Assembly: GCA_002293845.1 (NCBI GenBank)
Contig: DBEA01000010.1
Location: 565-64,564 of the forward strand
Length of the DNA stretch: 64,000 nt
Source: Patescibacteria group bacterium UBA918
GTDB taxonomy: Bacteria; Patescibacteriota; Minisyncoccia; Phycocordibacterales; UBA918
Direction: 5' to 3'
In this document: in pieces, positions 44,345-53,869 of the stretch
Layout of the letters: each line of letters opens with the position of its first letter
Position numbering within the stretch: the stretch's first letter is position 1
The notes under the pieces: generated by a model
The model's database searches: none
What the model was told of the DNA's origin: nothing
What the model saw: only the letters and a program-made list of their open reading frames with translations
Position numbers and translations under genes: made by a program

Positions 44345-45988
44345 ATGGCCAAACAAGTGATTTTCGACGAAGAGGTGAAGAAGAAATTGAAAAAAGGCGT
44401 CGACACGGTCGCGAACGCGGTCAAGGTCACGCTCGGCCCCCGCGGTCGTAACGTCATCCTGGATAAAGGCTACGGCGGACCGACGATAACGAACGATGGT
44501 GTTTCCATCGCCAAAGAGATCACCCTGAAGGACAAGTTCGAGAATATGGGAGCCGAGATCGTCAAAGAGGTGGCGACTAAGACCAACGAACTCGCTGGCG
44601 ACGGTACCACCACCGCTACGGTACTCACTCAGGCATTGATCCACGAGGGCTTGCGACAGACTTCGATGGGACTCAACTCAATGGCCGTCCGTGCCGGTAT
44701 GGAACATGCCGCTGTCGACGTGGTCGAGGCTTTGAAGGCGATGGCAACTAAGATCAAATCGGGAGACGAGATCAAACAGGTAGCGACCATTTCGGCCGAG
44801 AGCGCCGAAATCGGTGAGAAGATCGCTGAGACCATCGAAAAGGTAGGCAAAGACGGCGTGGTGACGGTCGAGGAAGGTCAGTCCTTCGGTATCGAAACCG
44901 AGTTCACTGAAGGCATGGAGTTCGATAAGGGTTACGTGTCGCCATATATGGTGACCAACTCCGAACGCATGGAGGCAGAGCACAAAGACGCGCAGATTCT
45001 CATCACTGATCAGAAGGTGTCGTCAGTCAAAGCGATCTTGCCTCTCTTAGAAAAGGTGGCTCAGAGCGGTCGCAAAGAACTGGTCATTATCGCGGACGAT
45101 ATCGATGGTGAGGCTTTGACCACCTTCGTCATCAACAAGTTGAAAGGCGGGTTCTCCGTGCTGGGCATCAAAGCCCCGGGATTCGGCGATCGCAAAAAAG
45201 AAGTGCTTCAGGACATCGCCATCATGACCGGTGGACAGGTAGTGACCGAAGATCTCGGTATCAAACTCGAGAACGCCGAACTGTCGCACCTCGGCAAGGC
45301 GGAACGAGTCGTTTCCACCAAAGACGACACGATCATAGTCGGCGGCGGTGGCGATAAGAAGACGATCGACGACCGTGTGTCCGCGTTGCGCACTCAATTA
45401 GAAAACACCACTTCCAAGTACGATAAGGAGAAGCTCGAAGAGCGCATCGCCAAGCTCTCGGGCGGAGTGGCCGTTTTGCGAGTCGGTGCCGCTACCGAGA
45501 CCGAGATGAAATATTTGAAGCTCAAGATCGAGGACGCGGTAAATGCCACTAAGGCCGCCATCGAAGAGGGTATCGTGCCGGGCGGCGGCACCGCGCTCAC
45601 TCGCGCCGCCGCCAAGGTGGAGAAAGAGATCCTTGGTAAGAAAGATCTCGGCCGCGAAGAGATGGTCGGTTACAACATCGTCCTCAAGGCTCTCGAAGTG
45701 CCGCTCAAGCAGATCGCCGACAATACCGGCAAGATCGACGGTGCGGTCGTCGTCGATAAGGTGAAGAATTCGAACGGCAACGCCGGATTCGACGCTTATA
45801 AGGGCGAGTTCGTGGACGACATGATCAAGGCCGGCATCATCGACCCGGTCAAGGTCGAGCGAGCCGGTGTCCAACACGCCGTGTCCGCCGCCGCCATTCT
45901 CCTCACTTCCGAGGCGGCCATCGCCGATGAGCCTGAGGAATCGAAGCCGCAGATGCCGGATATGGGAGGTATGGGCGGAATGTACTAA
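44345..45988 (+). CDS. groEL: Chaperonin GroEL
   Basis: [11 protein letters not shown]...[10 protein letters not shown]... and C-terminal GGM repeats. The start is moved to ATG 44345. Confidence 0.95.
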   Translation: MAKQVIFDEEVKKKLKKGVDTVANAVKVTLGPRGRNVILDKGYGGPTITNDGVSIAKEITLKDKFENMGAEIVKEVATKTNELAGDGTTTATVLTQALIHEGLRQTSMGLNSMAVRAGMEHAAVDVVEALKAMATKIKSGDEIKQVATISAESAEIGEKIAETIEKVGKDGVVTVEEGQSFGIETEFTEGMEFDKGYVSPYMVTNSERMEAEHKDAQILITDQKVSSVKAILPLLEKVAQSGRKELVIIADDIDGEALTTFVINKLKGGFSVLGIKAPGFGDRKKEVLQDIAIMTGGQVVTEDLGIKLENAELSHLGKAERVVSTKDDTIIVGGGGDKKTIDDRVSALRTQLENTTSKYDKEKLEERIAKLSGGVAVLRVGAATETEMKYLKLKIEDAVNATKAAIEEGIVPGGGTALTRAAAKVEKEILGKKDLGREEMVGYNIVLKALEVPLKQIADNTGKIDGAVVVDKVKNSNGNAGFDAYKGEFVDDMIKAGIIDPVKVERAGVQHAVSAAAILLTSEAAIADEPEESKPQMPDMGGMGGMY

Positions 45989-46126
45989 AACTCCCAAAAT
46001 GAGCGAATTTACATTCGCTTCGGCCGGGCCGCTCGTCACCGTATATTAAATACGGCTCCATCGCGGCCCAACCTCCAGCGAACTCAACTTCATCTCATTT
46101 AGAAAGTTTCAAACACCTACGACAAG

Positions 46127-46158
46127 AAAATCCGCGGGCCGAAGGCCCGCGGGTTTTC
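46127..46158 (+). terminator. Intrinsic terminator CCGCGGGCC-gaa-GGCCCGCGG TTTT
   Basis: Follows groEL. Confidence 0.75.
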
Positions 46159-46184
46159 CGTATTAACTTTGTTATACTTCGGCT

Positions 46185-46622
46185 ATGAAAACACGTTTCC
46201 CGTACGTTTGCGCCGTCTTTTTGCTACTGATTGAAGACGGAAAGATATTGTTGCAGAGACGGTTTCAAACAGGTCATGAAGATGGCAATTATGGAGTGCC
46301 TTCTGGACACATGGATGGTGGCGAAACTCCAAGAGAGGCTTGCGCCCGAGAGTGTGCCGAAGAAATTGGCATCAAAATCCGACCTGAAGATTTAACTATG
46401 GTTCATACAATGTATCGATCTAGCGAGAACGAACGCGTTGATTTCTGTATGACCGCCAGTCGTTATGAAGGCGAGGTACAGAACATGGAAACACACAAAT
46501 GTGACGACTTACAGTGGTTTCCGCTCGACGCATTGCCAGACAATACGATTGATTACGTACGTCAAGCGATTACGGCCTATCAGAAGGGCGTGACATATTC
46601 GGAATATAAACCAGCTGACTAG
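46185..46622 (+). CDS. NUDIX hydrolase
   Basis: Nudix box GETPREACARECAEEIG. TATACT 6 nt upstream of the ATG. Confidence 0.8.
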   Translation: MKTRFPYVCAVFLLLIEDGKILLQRRFQTGHEDGNYGVPSGHMDGGETPREACARECAEEIGIKIRPEDLTMVHTMYRSSENERVDFCMTASRYEGEVQNMETHKCDDLQWFPLDALPDNTIDYVRQAITAYQKGVTYSEYKPAD

Positions 46623-46851
46623 CTGAAAGGTGTGACGGTTGACATTTTCTCCCGTTTCCCGTAGTATGGCCCCGTTCCGAACTGTTGCCCGAAAGCCCCT
46701 GGCAGGGCCTTCGGCGCGGTACACTCTCTCGTCGGGAACCTGTGCGGGGTAGGCCGTTACCTTCTTCCACACAGGGTTCTGACAAAGACCCTATATAAGT
46801 CACCGCCTGCACCAATTTTTGCGGATTTGGATGCAGAACGCGGCGGACGAG

Positions 46852-46900
46852 GAAAATATGGCGAGCCGTATACCCATACGGTGAGCCATATTTTACCGAA
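46852..46900. repeat. Long imperfect hairpin X (GAAAATATGG-cgag-CCGTATaccCATACGG-tgag-CCATATTTTAC), 45 nt upstream of rpsS
   Basis: Shares the inner stem and internal loop with hairpin Y at 60864..60915; the outer stems differ but stay complementary. Confidence 0.6.
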
Positions 46901-46938
46901 GTCTAACAAAGTTATGTGCCAAATCCGCGTAAATTGAT

Positions 46939-47283
46939 ATGTCACGATCTATATATAAAGGCCCATACGTAGACGAGCGCCTGCTCAAAAAGATCGCCGG
47001 CAAGAAGCCGGGATCGGTCGGCGCCATCAAGACTTGGTCGCGCGACGCTATGATCTCTCCGGAAATGGTGGGATTCACCTTCGGCGTGCACAACGGAAAG
47101 ACCCACGTCGAGGTCTTGGCCACCGAGGAAATGGTGGGCCATCGACTCGGAGAGTTCTCACCGACCACCAAGTTCCTCCGCCACGGAGGTAAGATGCAGA
47201 AGGAGATGGACGTGAAGAAGAAGGAGGCTGAGATCCAGGCCGCCAAAGCCGCCAAGGAACCGGCCGCTGCCGCTAAGAAGTAA
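46939..47283 (+). CDS. rpsS: 30S ribosomal protein S19 (with Lys/Ala-rich C-terminal extension)
   Basis: GHRLGEFSPTTKFLRHG block. Confidence 0.9.
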   Translation: MSRSIYKGPYVDERLLKKIAGKKPGSVGAIKTWSRDAMISPEMVGFTFGVHNGKTHVEVLATEEMVGHRLGEFSPTTKFLRHGGKMQKEMDVKKKEAEIQAAKAAKEPAAAAKK

Positions 47284-47609
47284 TGGACACCATGAAAGCA
47301 ATTCTCAAAAACTATCGCCAATCTCCCCGCAAGGTTCGCTTGCTGGCCGACTTGGTGCGCGGCAAGAAAGTGACCGACGCCTTGCGTACGCTCAGTTTCG
47401 TCGATAAGCGCGCCTCGGGGCCTTTCATCAAGGTGATCAACTCCGCGGTCGCTAACGCCAAGACCACCGGTCGTGCAGTCGAGACTTTGAAGATCGCCAA
47501 GGTCGCGGTCGATAAGGGCATGACCTATACTCGTTTCATGCCTCGCGCCCGCGGTTCGGCCTCGCCGATCAATCGTCGCAGTTCGCACATCACGATCGAA
47601 CTCAAGTAA
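47283..47609 (+). CDS. rplV: 50S ribosomal protein L22
   Basis: Sequence and operon position. Confidence 0.9.
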   Translation: MDTMKAILKNYRQSPRKVRLLADLVRGKKVTDALRTLSFVDKRASGPFIKVINSAVANAKTTGRAVETLKIAKVAVDKGMTYTRFMPRARGSASPINRRSSHITIELK

Positions 47610-47646
47610 TTTCTAAATCCTAGATTCTAGCTTCTAAATTCTAATT

Positions 47647-48417
47647 ATGACTCACGTCGCTCATCCATTCATACAACGCATCGGTGTCAACCGCGATTGG
47701 CGCAGTCGTTGGTTCGCTACCGATCCGAAGCGTTTTCGTGAATATCTGCGCACCGACGCGGCGATCCGCAAGTACCTCGGCAAGAAGCTCAAAGGTATGT
47801 CGGTAGACTTCGTGGAGATCGAGCGCGACAAGAAGACCATCCGAGTTATCATCAAGAGTTCTCGCCCCGGGTTGGTTATCGGTCGTTCCGGTGAAGGCGC
47901 GACCAAAATCAATAAGGAGATCGATCAGTTGCTTCGTACCTTGAAGCTGACCGAGAAGCCGGAGATCAAGATCGACATCGAGGAGATCCGCTCGCCGGAG
48001 CTATCTGCCGAAATTACCGGTCAGATGGTCGCTGAAGGCCTGGAAAAGCGCATGCAGTTCCGTCGCGTCCTCAAGCAGACCATTGAGAAAGTGATGGCCA
48101 ATCGCGACGTGAAGGGAGTGCGCATCATGATGTCTGGTCGCTTGGGCGGCGCTGATATGTCGCGTGTCGAGGAGCTCAAGAAGGGACGTATTCCTCTTCA
48201 GACTTTGCGCGCCGACATCGACTTTGCTCGCGTGCGCGCCAACCTTCCTTACGGAGTGATCGGTATCAAGGTATGGATCTATCGTGGCGACATCTTCGAG
48301 GACCGCAAGGCCGGTCAGGCCGCGGCGCCAGCTCGTGATTCGCGTTCTACCGAGCGTGCCCCACGCGAATCTTCCGACCGACGTCCGCGCGCACCTCGTA
48401 GCGGTGCTAGAAGCTAG
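47647..48417 (+). CDS. rpsC: 30S ribosomal protein S3
   Basis: KH domain and operon position. Confidence 0.9.
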   Translation: MTHVAHPFIQRIGVNRDWRSRWFATDPKRFREYLRTDAAIRKYLGKKLKGMSVDFVEIERDKKTIRVIIKSSRPGLVIGRSGEGATKINKEIDQLLRTLKLTEKPEIKIDIEEIRSPELSAEITGQMVAEGLEKRMQFRRVLKQTIEKVMANRDVKGVRIMMSGRLGGADMSRVEELKKGRIPLQTLRADIDFARVRANLPYGVIGIKVWIYRGDIFEDRKAGQAAAPARDSRSTERAPRESSDRRPRAPRSGARS

Positions 48418-48441
48418 AACCATAAACTTAGAACCTAAATT

Positions 48442-48870
48442 ATGTTGTTTCCTAAGAAAGTAAAACACCGAAAGTGGCAAGTAGGCCGCAAGAACGAGGC
48501 CAAGTTGTCTCGTCCCGACACTCGCGGCATCACCGTGGCTTTCGGTTCGTATGGTCTAAAGGCCACTGCCCCGGCGCGCGTGAAGTCCAATCAGATCGAG
48601 GCGGCTCGCCGCGTGATCTCGCGCACGCTCGGCAAGACCGGCCGCGTGTGGATTCGCATTTTCCCGGATCGCCCGGTCACTAAGAAGGCCGCCGAGACTC
48701 CGATGGGTAAGGGAAAGGGCGATCCCGATCACTTCGTATTCGAAGTGGCTCCTGGTCGAGTTTTATTCGAAGTGGACGGCGTCTCCGAAGACATCGCCCG
48801 CGAAGCGATGCGTAAGGCGACCGCCAAGCTACCTCTTAAGGGTCGCTTCGTAGCTCGCGACTCCGAGTAA
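48442..48870 (+). CDS. rplP: 50S ribosomal protein L16
   Basis: Sequence and operon position. Confidence 0.9.
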   Translation: MLFPKKVKHRKWQVGRKNEAKLSRPDTRGITVAFGSYGLKATAPARVKSNQIEAARRVISRTLGKTGRVWIRIFPDRPVTKKAAETPMGKGKGDPDHFVFEVAPGRVLFEVDGVSEDIAREAMRKATAKLPLKGRFVARDSE

Positions 48871-48890
48871 TAAAGCTAAGCATTTCCATT

Positions 48891-49091
48891 ATGACCAAGA
48901 TGAATGACATCAAGAAAATGAAGGACGCCGAGCTCGCCTCGTTCGTGGCCGAGAAGCGAGAAGCGATCCGTTCTTTCCGGTTCGGCACCGGCGGTCAAAA
49001 CGTGAGTGCCGCCCGTACCGCCCGAAAGGACGTCGCCCGCGCGCTTACCGAGCTTAAGTCTCGCGCTACCTCTAAGACCGTGACCGAGTAA
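48891..49091 (+). CDS. rpmC: 50S ribosomal protein L29
   Basis: Sequence and operon position. Confidence 0.85.
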   Translation: MTKMNDIKKMKDAELASFVAEKREAIRSFRFGTGGQNVSAARTARKDVARALTELKSRATSKTVTE

Positions 49092-49102
49092 ACATATTCC
49101 AT

Positions 49103-49360
49103 ATGGCAAAAGATATTAAAACTGAAAACATCAAAGGTCGCGTGCTTCAGGGCACGGTGGTGGCATCGAAGATGCAGGACACCTGCACGGTGGCAGTCGA
49201 ACGTTACGTCAAGCACCCCAAGTACAAGAAGTTCGTCCGTTTGACGAAGAAGTTCTTGGTGCACGATCAGGGTAACACCGCGGTCGTTGGCGAAAAGGTC
49301 TCCATCGTCGAGACTCGTCCGATCTCGAAGCGCAAGCGTTTCGCCCTCCTAAGTAAATAA
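49103..49360 (+). CDS. rpsQ: 30S ribosomal protein S17
   Basis: Sequence and operon position. Confidence 0.9.
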   Translation: MAKDIKTENIKGRVLQGTVVASKMQDTCTVAVERYVKHPKYKKFVRLTKKFLVHDQGNTAVVGEKVSIVETRPISKRKRFALLSK

Positions 49361-49366
49361 AGGCTT

Positions 49367-49738
49367 ATGATTCAACCTCAAACTCTCGTAAAGATCACAG
49401 ATAACTCCGGCGGTAAGATCGGCCGCGTGTTCAAGGTGCTCGGAGGTTCCAAGAAGCGCTATGCCGAGCTGGGCGAGATGGTCGTGCTTTCCGTGCAGAC
49501 CGCCGAACCGCGCAAGCTCGTTAAGAAGAAGGACGTGGTTTACGGAGTGGTCGTCCGTCAGCAGAAACCTTTCCGCCGCGTCGACGGTTCGTACGTATCT
49601 TTCGATGACAACGCGGTGGTCTTGGTCGACAAGGAGAAGAAGGAACCAAAGGCCAACCGTGTGTTCGGCCCGATTCCACGCGAACTCGCCGAGGCCGGTT
49701 ATCAGAAGATCGTTTCCCTCGCTCCGGAGGTCGTCTAA
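49367..49738 (+). CDS. rplN: 50S ribosomal protein L14
   Basis: MIQPQTLVKITDNSGGK. Confidence 0.95.
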   Translation: MIQPQTLVKITDNSGGKIGRVFKVLGGSKKRYAELGEMVVLSVQTAEPRKLVKKKDVVYGVVVRQQKPFRRVDGSYVSFDDNAVVLVDKEKKEPKANRVFGPIPRELAEAGYQKIVSLAPEVV

Positions 49739-49756
49739 TCTTGTAACTATCGTCAT

Positions 49757-50056
49757 ATGAAAATCAAGAAAGGAGACAAGGTGGTGGTGCTGTCCGGTAA
49801 GGACAAAGGCAAGACCGGTAATGTGGAGAAAGTTTTTCCGAAGACCGGCATGGTATTGGTCGAAGGCGTTAATGTCGCCACCAAGCACCAGAAGAATCGC
49901 CGTGTCCGCTCTCAAGGACAGGTGATCAAGAAGTCCGTACCGGTCAATGCTTCCAACTTGGCTTTGGTCGAGGGCGATAAGGCCGTTAAGGTCGGCTATA
50001 AGATCGAAGAAGGCAAGAAGGTTCGCGTCAATCGCAAGACCGGCAAGGCGATCTAG
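49757..50056 (+). CDS. rplX: 50S ribosomal protein L24
   Basis: KOW motif KIKKGDKVVVLSGKDKGK. Confidence 0.9.
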   Translation: MKIKKGDKVVVLSGKDKGKTGNVEKVFPKTGMVLVEGVNVATKHQKNRRVRSQGQVIKKSVPVNASNLALVEGDKAVKVGYKIEEGKKVRVNRKTGKAI

Positions 50057-50083
50057 GTGTCTCGATAAAATAATTTTATAAAC

Positions 50084-50632
50084 ATGAAAACTCTAAAAGA
50101 AAAACTCAGCGGTGCCTTCGAGGCCTTGAAGTCGGATTTGGGCTATACCAATGTCATGCAGGCTCCTCGCTTGGAGAAGGTCGTCGTCTCGGTCGGCGTC
50201 GGCAAGATCGACGATAAGGCGAAGAAGGAAGCGATCTTCGAACGCTTGTCCCGTATCACCGGCCAGAAACCTTCCCCTCGACCGGCCAAGCAGTCGATCG
50301 CGTCCTTCAAGCTTCGTCAGGGCGACATCATCGGCTATCAGGTGACGCTTCGAGGCGAGCGCATGCATCACTTCCTCGACAAGCTGATCCACATCGCTCT
50401 CCCGCAGACTCGCGACTTCCGCGGACTCAAGACCACCGCCATCGATGAAATGGGTAACATCTCGCTGGGCATCAAGGAACATACCATTTTCCCGGAGACC
50501 GCCGACGAGGACATTCGCGACGTTTTCTCCCTCGCTATCACTTTGGTCACTACCGCCAAGAACAAGAAAGAGGCTGAGGCTTTTCTCCGCCACATCGGAC
50601 TTCCATTGCAGAAGGAGGAGGCTACTGTCTAA
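50084..50632 (+). CDS. rplE: 50S ribosomal protein L5
   Basis: Sequence and operon position. Confidence 0.9.
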   Translation: MKTLKEKLSGAFEALKSDLGYTNVMQAPRLEKVVVSVGVGKIDDKAKKEAIFERLSRITGQKPSPRPAKQSIASFKLRQGDIIGYQVTLRGERMHHFLDKLIHIALPQTRDFRGLKTTAIDEMGNISLGIKEHTIFPETADEDIRDVFSLAITLVTTAKNKKEAEAFLRHIGLPLQKEEATV

Positions 50633-50640
50633 ATTTTTTA

Positions 50641-50690
50641 CAGCAAAAGTAAAGCCGCCGGCCTATGGCCGGCGGCTTTACTTTTTGCTG
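50641..50690 (+). terminator. Strong intrinsic terminator inside the spc operon (AAAGTAAAGCCGCCGGCC-tat-GGCCGGCGGCTTTACTTTTT)
   Basis: 17-bp perfect stem plus T-run immediately after rplE. Confidence 0.75.
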
Positions 50691-50907
50691 AAATCTGGTA
50701 ATGTTGGCCTCGTTGTGGAGTGCTGTTAGATGCCTAAAAAGGCGGCGTTCCATAGGCCCGAAAGGGCTGTTTATAAGCAAAGCAGGTCGGCACATCTAGC
50801 CGATACCACTTTGAACCAGTTTACAGTTACAAGTTTTTAGTTTTCAGTGTCGTCGTTGGCGACCGTTTACTAAAAACTAAAAACTGACAACTAATAACCT
50901 AAACTGA

Positions 50908-51093
50908 ATGGCTCGAACATCGATCAAGGTTCGTGCTACTCGGACTCCGAAATATAAGAGTCGAGTGGTGCGTCGTTGCGTCCAGTGTGGCCGCAAACAC
51001 GGATACATGCGAGATTTCGATCTCTGCCGTATCTGTTTCCGCGAACATGCCCATGAGGGTTTGATACCGGGCGTTAAGAAGAGCAGCTGGTAA
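50908..51093 (+). CDS. rpsZ: 30S ribosomal protein S14 type Z (zinc-binding, 61 aa)
   Basis: [23 protein letters not shown]. Confidence 0.9.
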   Translation: MARTSIKVRATRTPKYKSRVVRRCVQCGRKHGYMRDFDLCRICFREHAHEGLIPGVKKSSW

Positions 51094-51099
51094 TAGAAA

Positions 51100-51215
51100 T
51101 CCCAAAATTGGCGCATATGCACGGGTTTCAGAAATTTCTCTCAGTCGCCGTAGGTTAGTCTACGTCTTCCTCGCGAAATTCCTTCCAACCCGCACATCTG
51201 CATTCAATTTTGAAA
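51100..51215 (+). repeat. Spc-operon intergenic repeat, copy 1 (~115 nt, about 90% identical to copy 2)
   Basis: ttggcgcatatgcacgggtttcagaaatttctctcagtcgccgtaggttagtctacgtcttcctcgcgaaattccttccaacccgcacatctgcattcaattttg. Confidence 0.8.
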
Positions 51216-51233
51216 TTCCTAATCAATTAATGT

Positions 51234-51620
51234 ATGGATACAATTGGAGATTTCATCATCCGGCTTAAGAACGCCGGGGCAGTGGGACACGAAGAAGTGT
51301 CGTTGCCGCACTCGAAGATCAAAGAAGCGATCGCCGAAAAGCTCGTCGCCGCCGGCTACCTGGCCTCAGCCCGAGTAGAAGGCAAGGACGTCAAAAAGAC
51401 GTTAGTGGTGTCCTTGCGTTACGACGCCGGCCGACACGCTATCGCCGACGTACAGCGCGTTTCAAAGCCCGGTCGAAGGCTTTATGCAAAGGTAGAGGAG
51501 ATTTATCCGGTAAAGTTCGGCAAGGGTCACCTGATCCTCTCGACTCCTAAAGGTATTTTGACCGACAAGGAGGCGAAGGCGGAAAAGGTGGGCGGCGAAC
51601 AGTTGTTTAAGATCTGGTAG
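51234..51620 (+). CDS. rpsH: 30S ribosomal protein S8
   Basis: MDTIGDFIIRLKNAG. Confidence 0.9.
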   Translation: MDTIGDFIIRLKNAGAVGHEEVSLPHSKIKEAIAEKLVAAGYLASARVEGKDVKKTLVVSLRYDAGRHAIADVQRVSKPGRRLYAKVEEIYPVKFGKGHLILSTPKGILTDKEAKAEKVGGEQLFKIW

Positions 51621-51624
51621 GCTT

Positions 51625-52158
51625 ATGTCACGACTTGGAAAACAACCGATCACTTTGCCCGCGGGCGTCGAGGCGACCTTTGTCGATGGAGTTTTGACCA
51701 TCAAGAAGGGTAACAACGTCCTCACTCGCGAGATGAAGGATGATGTGGAGGTTAAGGTGGATGGCACTACCATTACCTTGGCACCGCAGGCTGGTAGCGA
51801 ACTCGCCGCCGCTTTGTGGGGCACTTACGCCGCTCACGTTCGTAACATGATCGCGGGGGTGACCGAGGGCTTTAAGAAGATTCTCGAGATCGAGGGCGTC
51901 GGCTATCGCGCCGAACTGAAAGGCAACAAGCTCGTCTTGTTGATGGGTTACTCGCATCCGGTGGAGATGGAAGTGCCGACCGGCATCACCGTCGTCGTCG
52001 AGAAGGGAGTCGTCACTATTAGCGGCATCGACAAAGAGGCGGTCGGACAGTTCGCCGCCAACGTGCGCAAGGTGAAGGAACCGGAGCCTTACAAGGGCAA
52101 AGGTATTCGATATCAGGGCGAGTATATTATCAGAAAGCAGGGCAAGAAAGCCGTTTAA
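51625..52158 (+). CDS. rplF: 50S ribosomal protein L6
   Basis: MSRLGKQPITLPAGVE. Confidence 0.9.
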   Translation: MSRLGKQPITLPAGVEATFVDGVLTIKKGNNVLTREMKDDVEVKVDGTTITLAPQAGSELAAALWGTYAAHVRNMIAGVTEGFKKILEIEGVGYRAELKGNKLVLLMGYSHPVEMEVPTGITVVVEKGVVTISGIDKEAVGQFAANVRKVKEPEPYKGKGIRYQGEYIIRKQGKKAV

Positions 52159-52164
52159 AAATCC

Positions 52165-52281
52165 AAAAGTTGACGCATATGCACGGGTTTCAAAAATTTC
52201 TCTCGGTCGCCGTAGGTCAATCTACGTCTTCCTCGCGAAATTTCTTCCAACCCGTACATCTGCATTCAATTTTGTCTTTTT
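52165..52281 (+). repeat. Spc-operon intergenic repeat, copy 2
   Basis: ttgacgcatatgcacgggtttcaaaaatttctctcggtcgccgtaggtcaatctacgtcttcctcgcgaaatttcttccaacccgtacatctgcattcaattttg. Confidence 0.8.
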
Positions 52282-52304
52282 AAATCACTGTCTTAAACAA
52301 AGTT

Positions 52305-52661
52305 ATGGCAACTACAAAAACCCAACTCAAAAAGGCTCGCCGCACTTCGCGACACGATCGCATCCGCGCGCGCGTGATCGGGACGGCCGAAAAACCTCGC
52401 TTGGCGGTGTTCAAGAGCAATGTCGCTCTTTATGCTCAGCTCATAGATGATGCCTCCGGAAACACTCTGGCAGCAGCGGACACTCGTAAACAAAAAGGGG
52501 CTAACCTGATCGAACGAGCGACGGCGTTAGGTGCGGAAATGGCCAAAGAAGCCAAAAGTAAAGGAATCGAGGCGATCGTGTTCGATCGCGGAGGTTTCCG
52601 TTATCAGGGCGCCGTAGCCGCTTTGGCCGATGGCGCCCGCGAAGGAGGGCTCAAATTTTAA
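52305..52661 (+). CDS. rplR: 50S ribosomal protein L18
   Basis: Sequence and operon position. Confidence 0.9.
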   Translation: MATTKTQLKKARRTSRHDRIRARVIGTAEKPRLAVFKSNVALYAQLIDDASGNTLAAADTRKQKGANLIERATALGAEMAKEAKSKGIEAIVFDRGGFRYQGAVAALADGAREGGLKF

Positions 52662-52711
52662 CTCCGGTTAAAGTTCGTAACACTACTTACTAATTTCTAT
52701 TCACTAAAAAC

Positions 52712-53341
52712 ATGCAGGAAGCTAAAACAGTCGAAGAGACAAATGAGACGGTAGCTACCGTCGCCGATGCACCTGCTGGCGAAACTCCGACGAGCGACGC
52801 TGGCACTAAAGGTAACGAACGCGGGTTCGGTAATCGTCGAGGAGGAGATAGGAACGATCGTCGCAACCCGCGTCGTCCTCGTCGTGGAGGCGGGCGTGAG
52901 GCGCGCGTGCGTCCGGAGTTCGACCAGAAGATAATTTCTATTCGTCGCGTGACCCGCGTGATGGCCGGCGGACGTCGTTTCTCGTTCTCGGTCGCTATGG
53001 TCATCGGTGACAAAAAAGGTCGCGTCGGTGTCGGCATCGGTAAGGCCGGCGACACCCAGCTCGCCATCGAGAAGGCGGTACGCGATGCCAAGAAGCACAT
53101 GATCACCGTACCGATGGACGAGCATAGCCGTATCGCTCACGATGTGGAGAAGAAGCTATCCGCCAGCCGCGTGATGATCATGCCGGCTCCCGGGCGCGGT
53201 CTCGTAGCTGGTAGTTCCGCTCGAACGGTACTCGAAATGGCCGGCGTCAAGGACGTCACCGCCAAGCTCTTGTCGCGCAGTAAGAACAAACTTAACAATG
53301 CTCGCGCTACCATTGAGGCGCTGAAATTACTAAAAGCTTAA
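52712..53341 (+). CDS. rpsE: 30S ribosomal protein S5 (with Arg/Gly-rich N-terminal extension)
   Basis: S5 dsRBD and C-domain. Confidence 0.9.
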   Translation: MQEAKTVEETNETVATVADAPAGETPTSDAGTKGNERGFGNRRGGDRNDRRNPRRPRRGGGREARVRPEFDQKIISIRRVTRVMAGGRRFSFSVAMVIGDKKGRVGVGIGKAGDTQLAIEKAVRDAKKHMITVPMDEHSRIAHDVEKKLSASRVMIMPAPGRGLVAGSSARTVLEMAGVKDVTAKLLSRSKNKLNNARATIEALKLLKA

Positions 53342-53351
53342 ATAGACCACC

Positions 53352-53795
53352 ATGCAGTTAAATCAACTAAAATCAGCTTCGGCTAAAAAGACCGCCCGTC
53401 GCATCGGTCGTGGTGGTAAGCGCGGTAAGATGTCCGGTCGCGGACATAAGGGCCAGACCGCTCGTGCCGGTAATTCCACTCGTCCCGAGATGCGCGAGCA
53501 GATCAAGAAGATCCCTAAATTGCGCGGACATGGCGTCAATCGCGCCGAGGCCGTCAATGCCGAGCGCGTGCGCCCGATCGTGGTCAACCTTTCGGCCTTG
53601 GCCGTATTGGAAGCCGGTGCGGTCGATCCTAAGATTCTAGTGGCCGCCGGTATAGTCTCCTCTAAAGGCAAAAAGACCCCGCTAGTGAAGATCTTGGGCA
53701 CTGGCGAAGTTACTAAGAAATTCACGATCACCGGCTGTCTAGTGTCGGCTTCGGCTAAAGAGAAGATAGAGAAGGCCGGCGGTGAAGTGAAGTAG
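53352..53795 (+). CDS. rplO: 50S ribosomal protein L15
   Basis: GRGGKRGKMSGRGHKGQ. Confidence 0.9.
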   Translation: MQLNQLKSASAKKTARRIGRGGKRGKMSGRGHKGQTARAGNSTRPEMREQIKKIPKLRGHGVNRAEAVNAERVRPIVVNLSALAVLEAGAVDPKILVAAGIVSSKGKKTPLVKILGTGEVTKKFTITGCLVSASAKEKIEKAGGEVK

Positions 53796-53869
53796 GTTAC
53801 AGGGTGTAGGGTTTAGGGTATAGTAGTACCGTTTAGACCCTGAACCCTAATCCCTGAATCCTAATCATT

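Noticed and set aside
53796-53869. Telomere-like TTAGGG/CCCTAA inverted repeat between rplO and secY
   Set aside because: It is a single 12-bp imperfect inverted repeat within a G-poor leader. It is consistent with the general CCTAA-type leader composition rather than a telomeric array.
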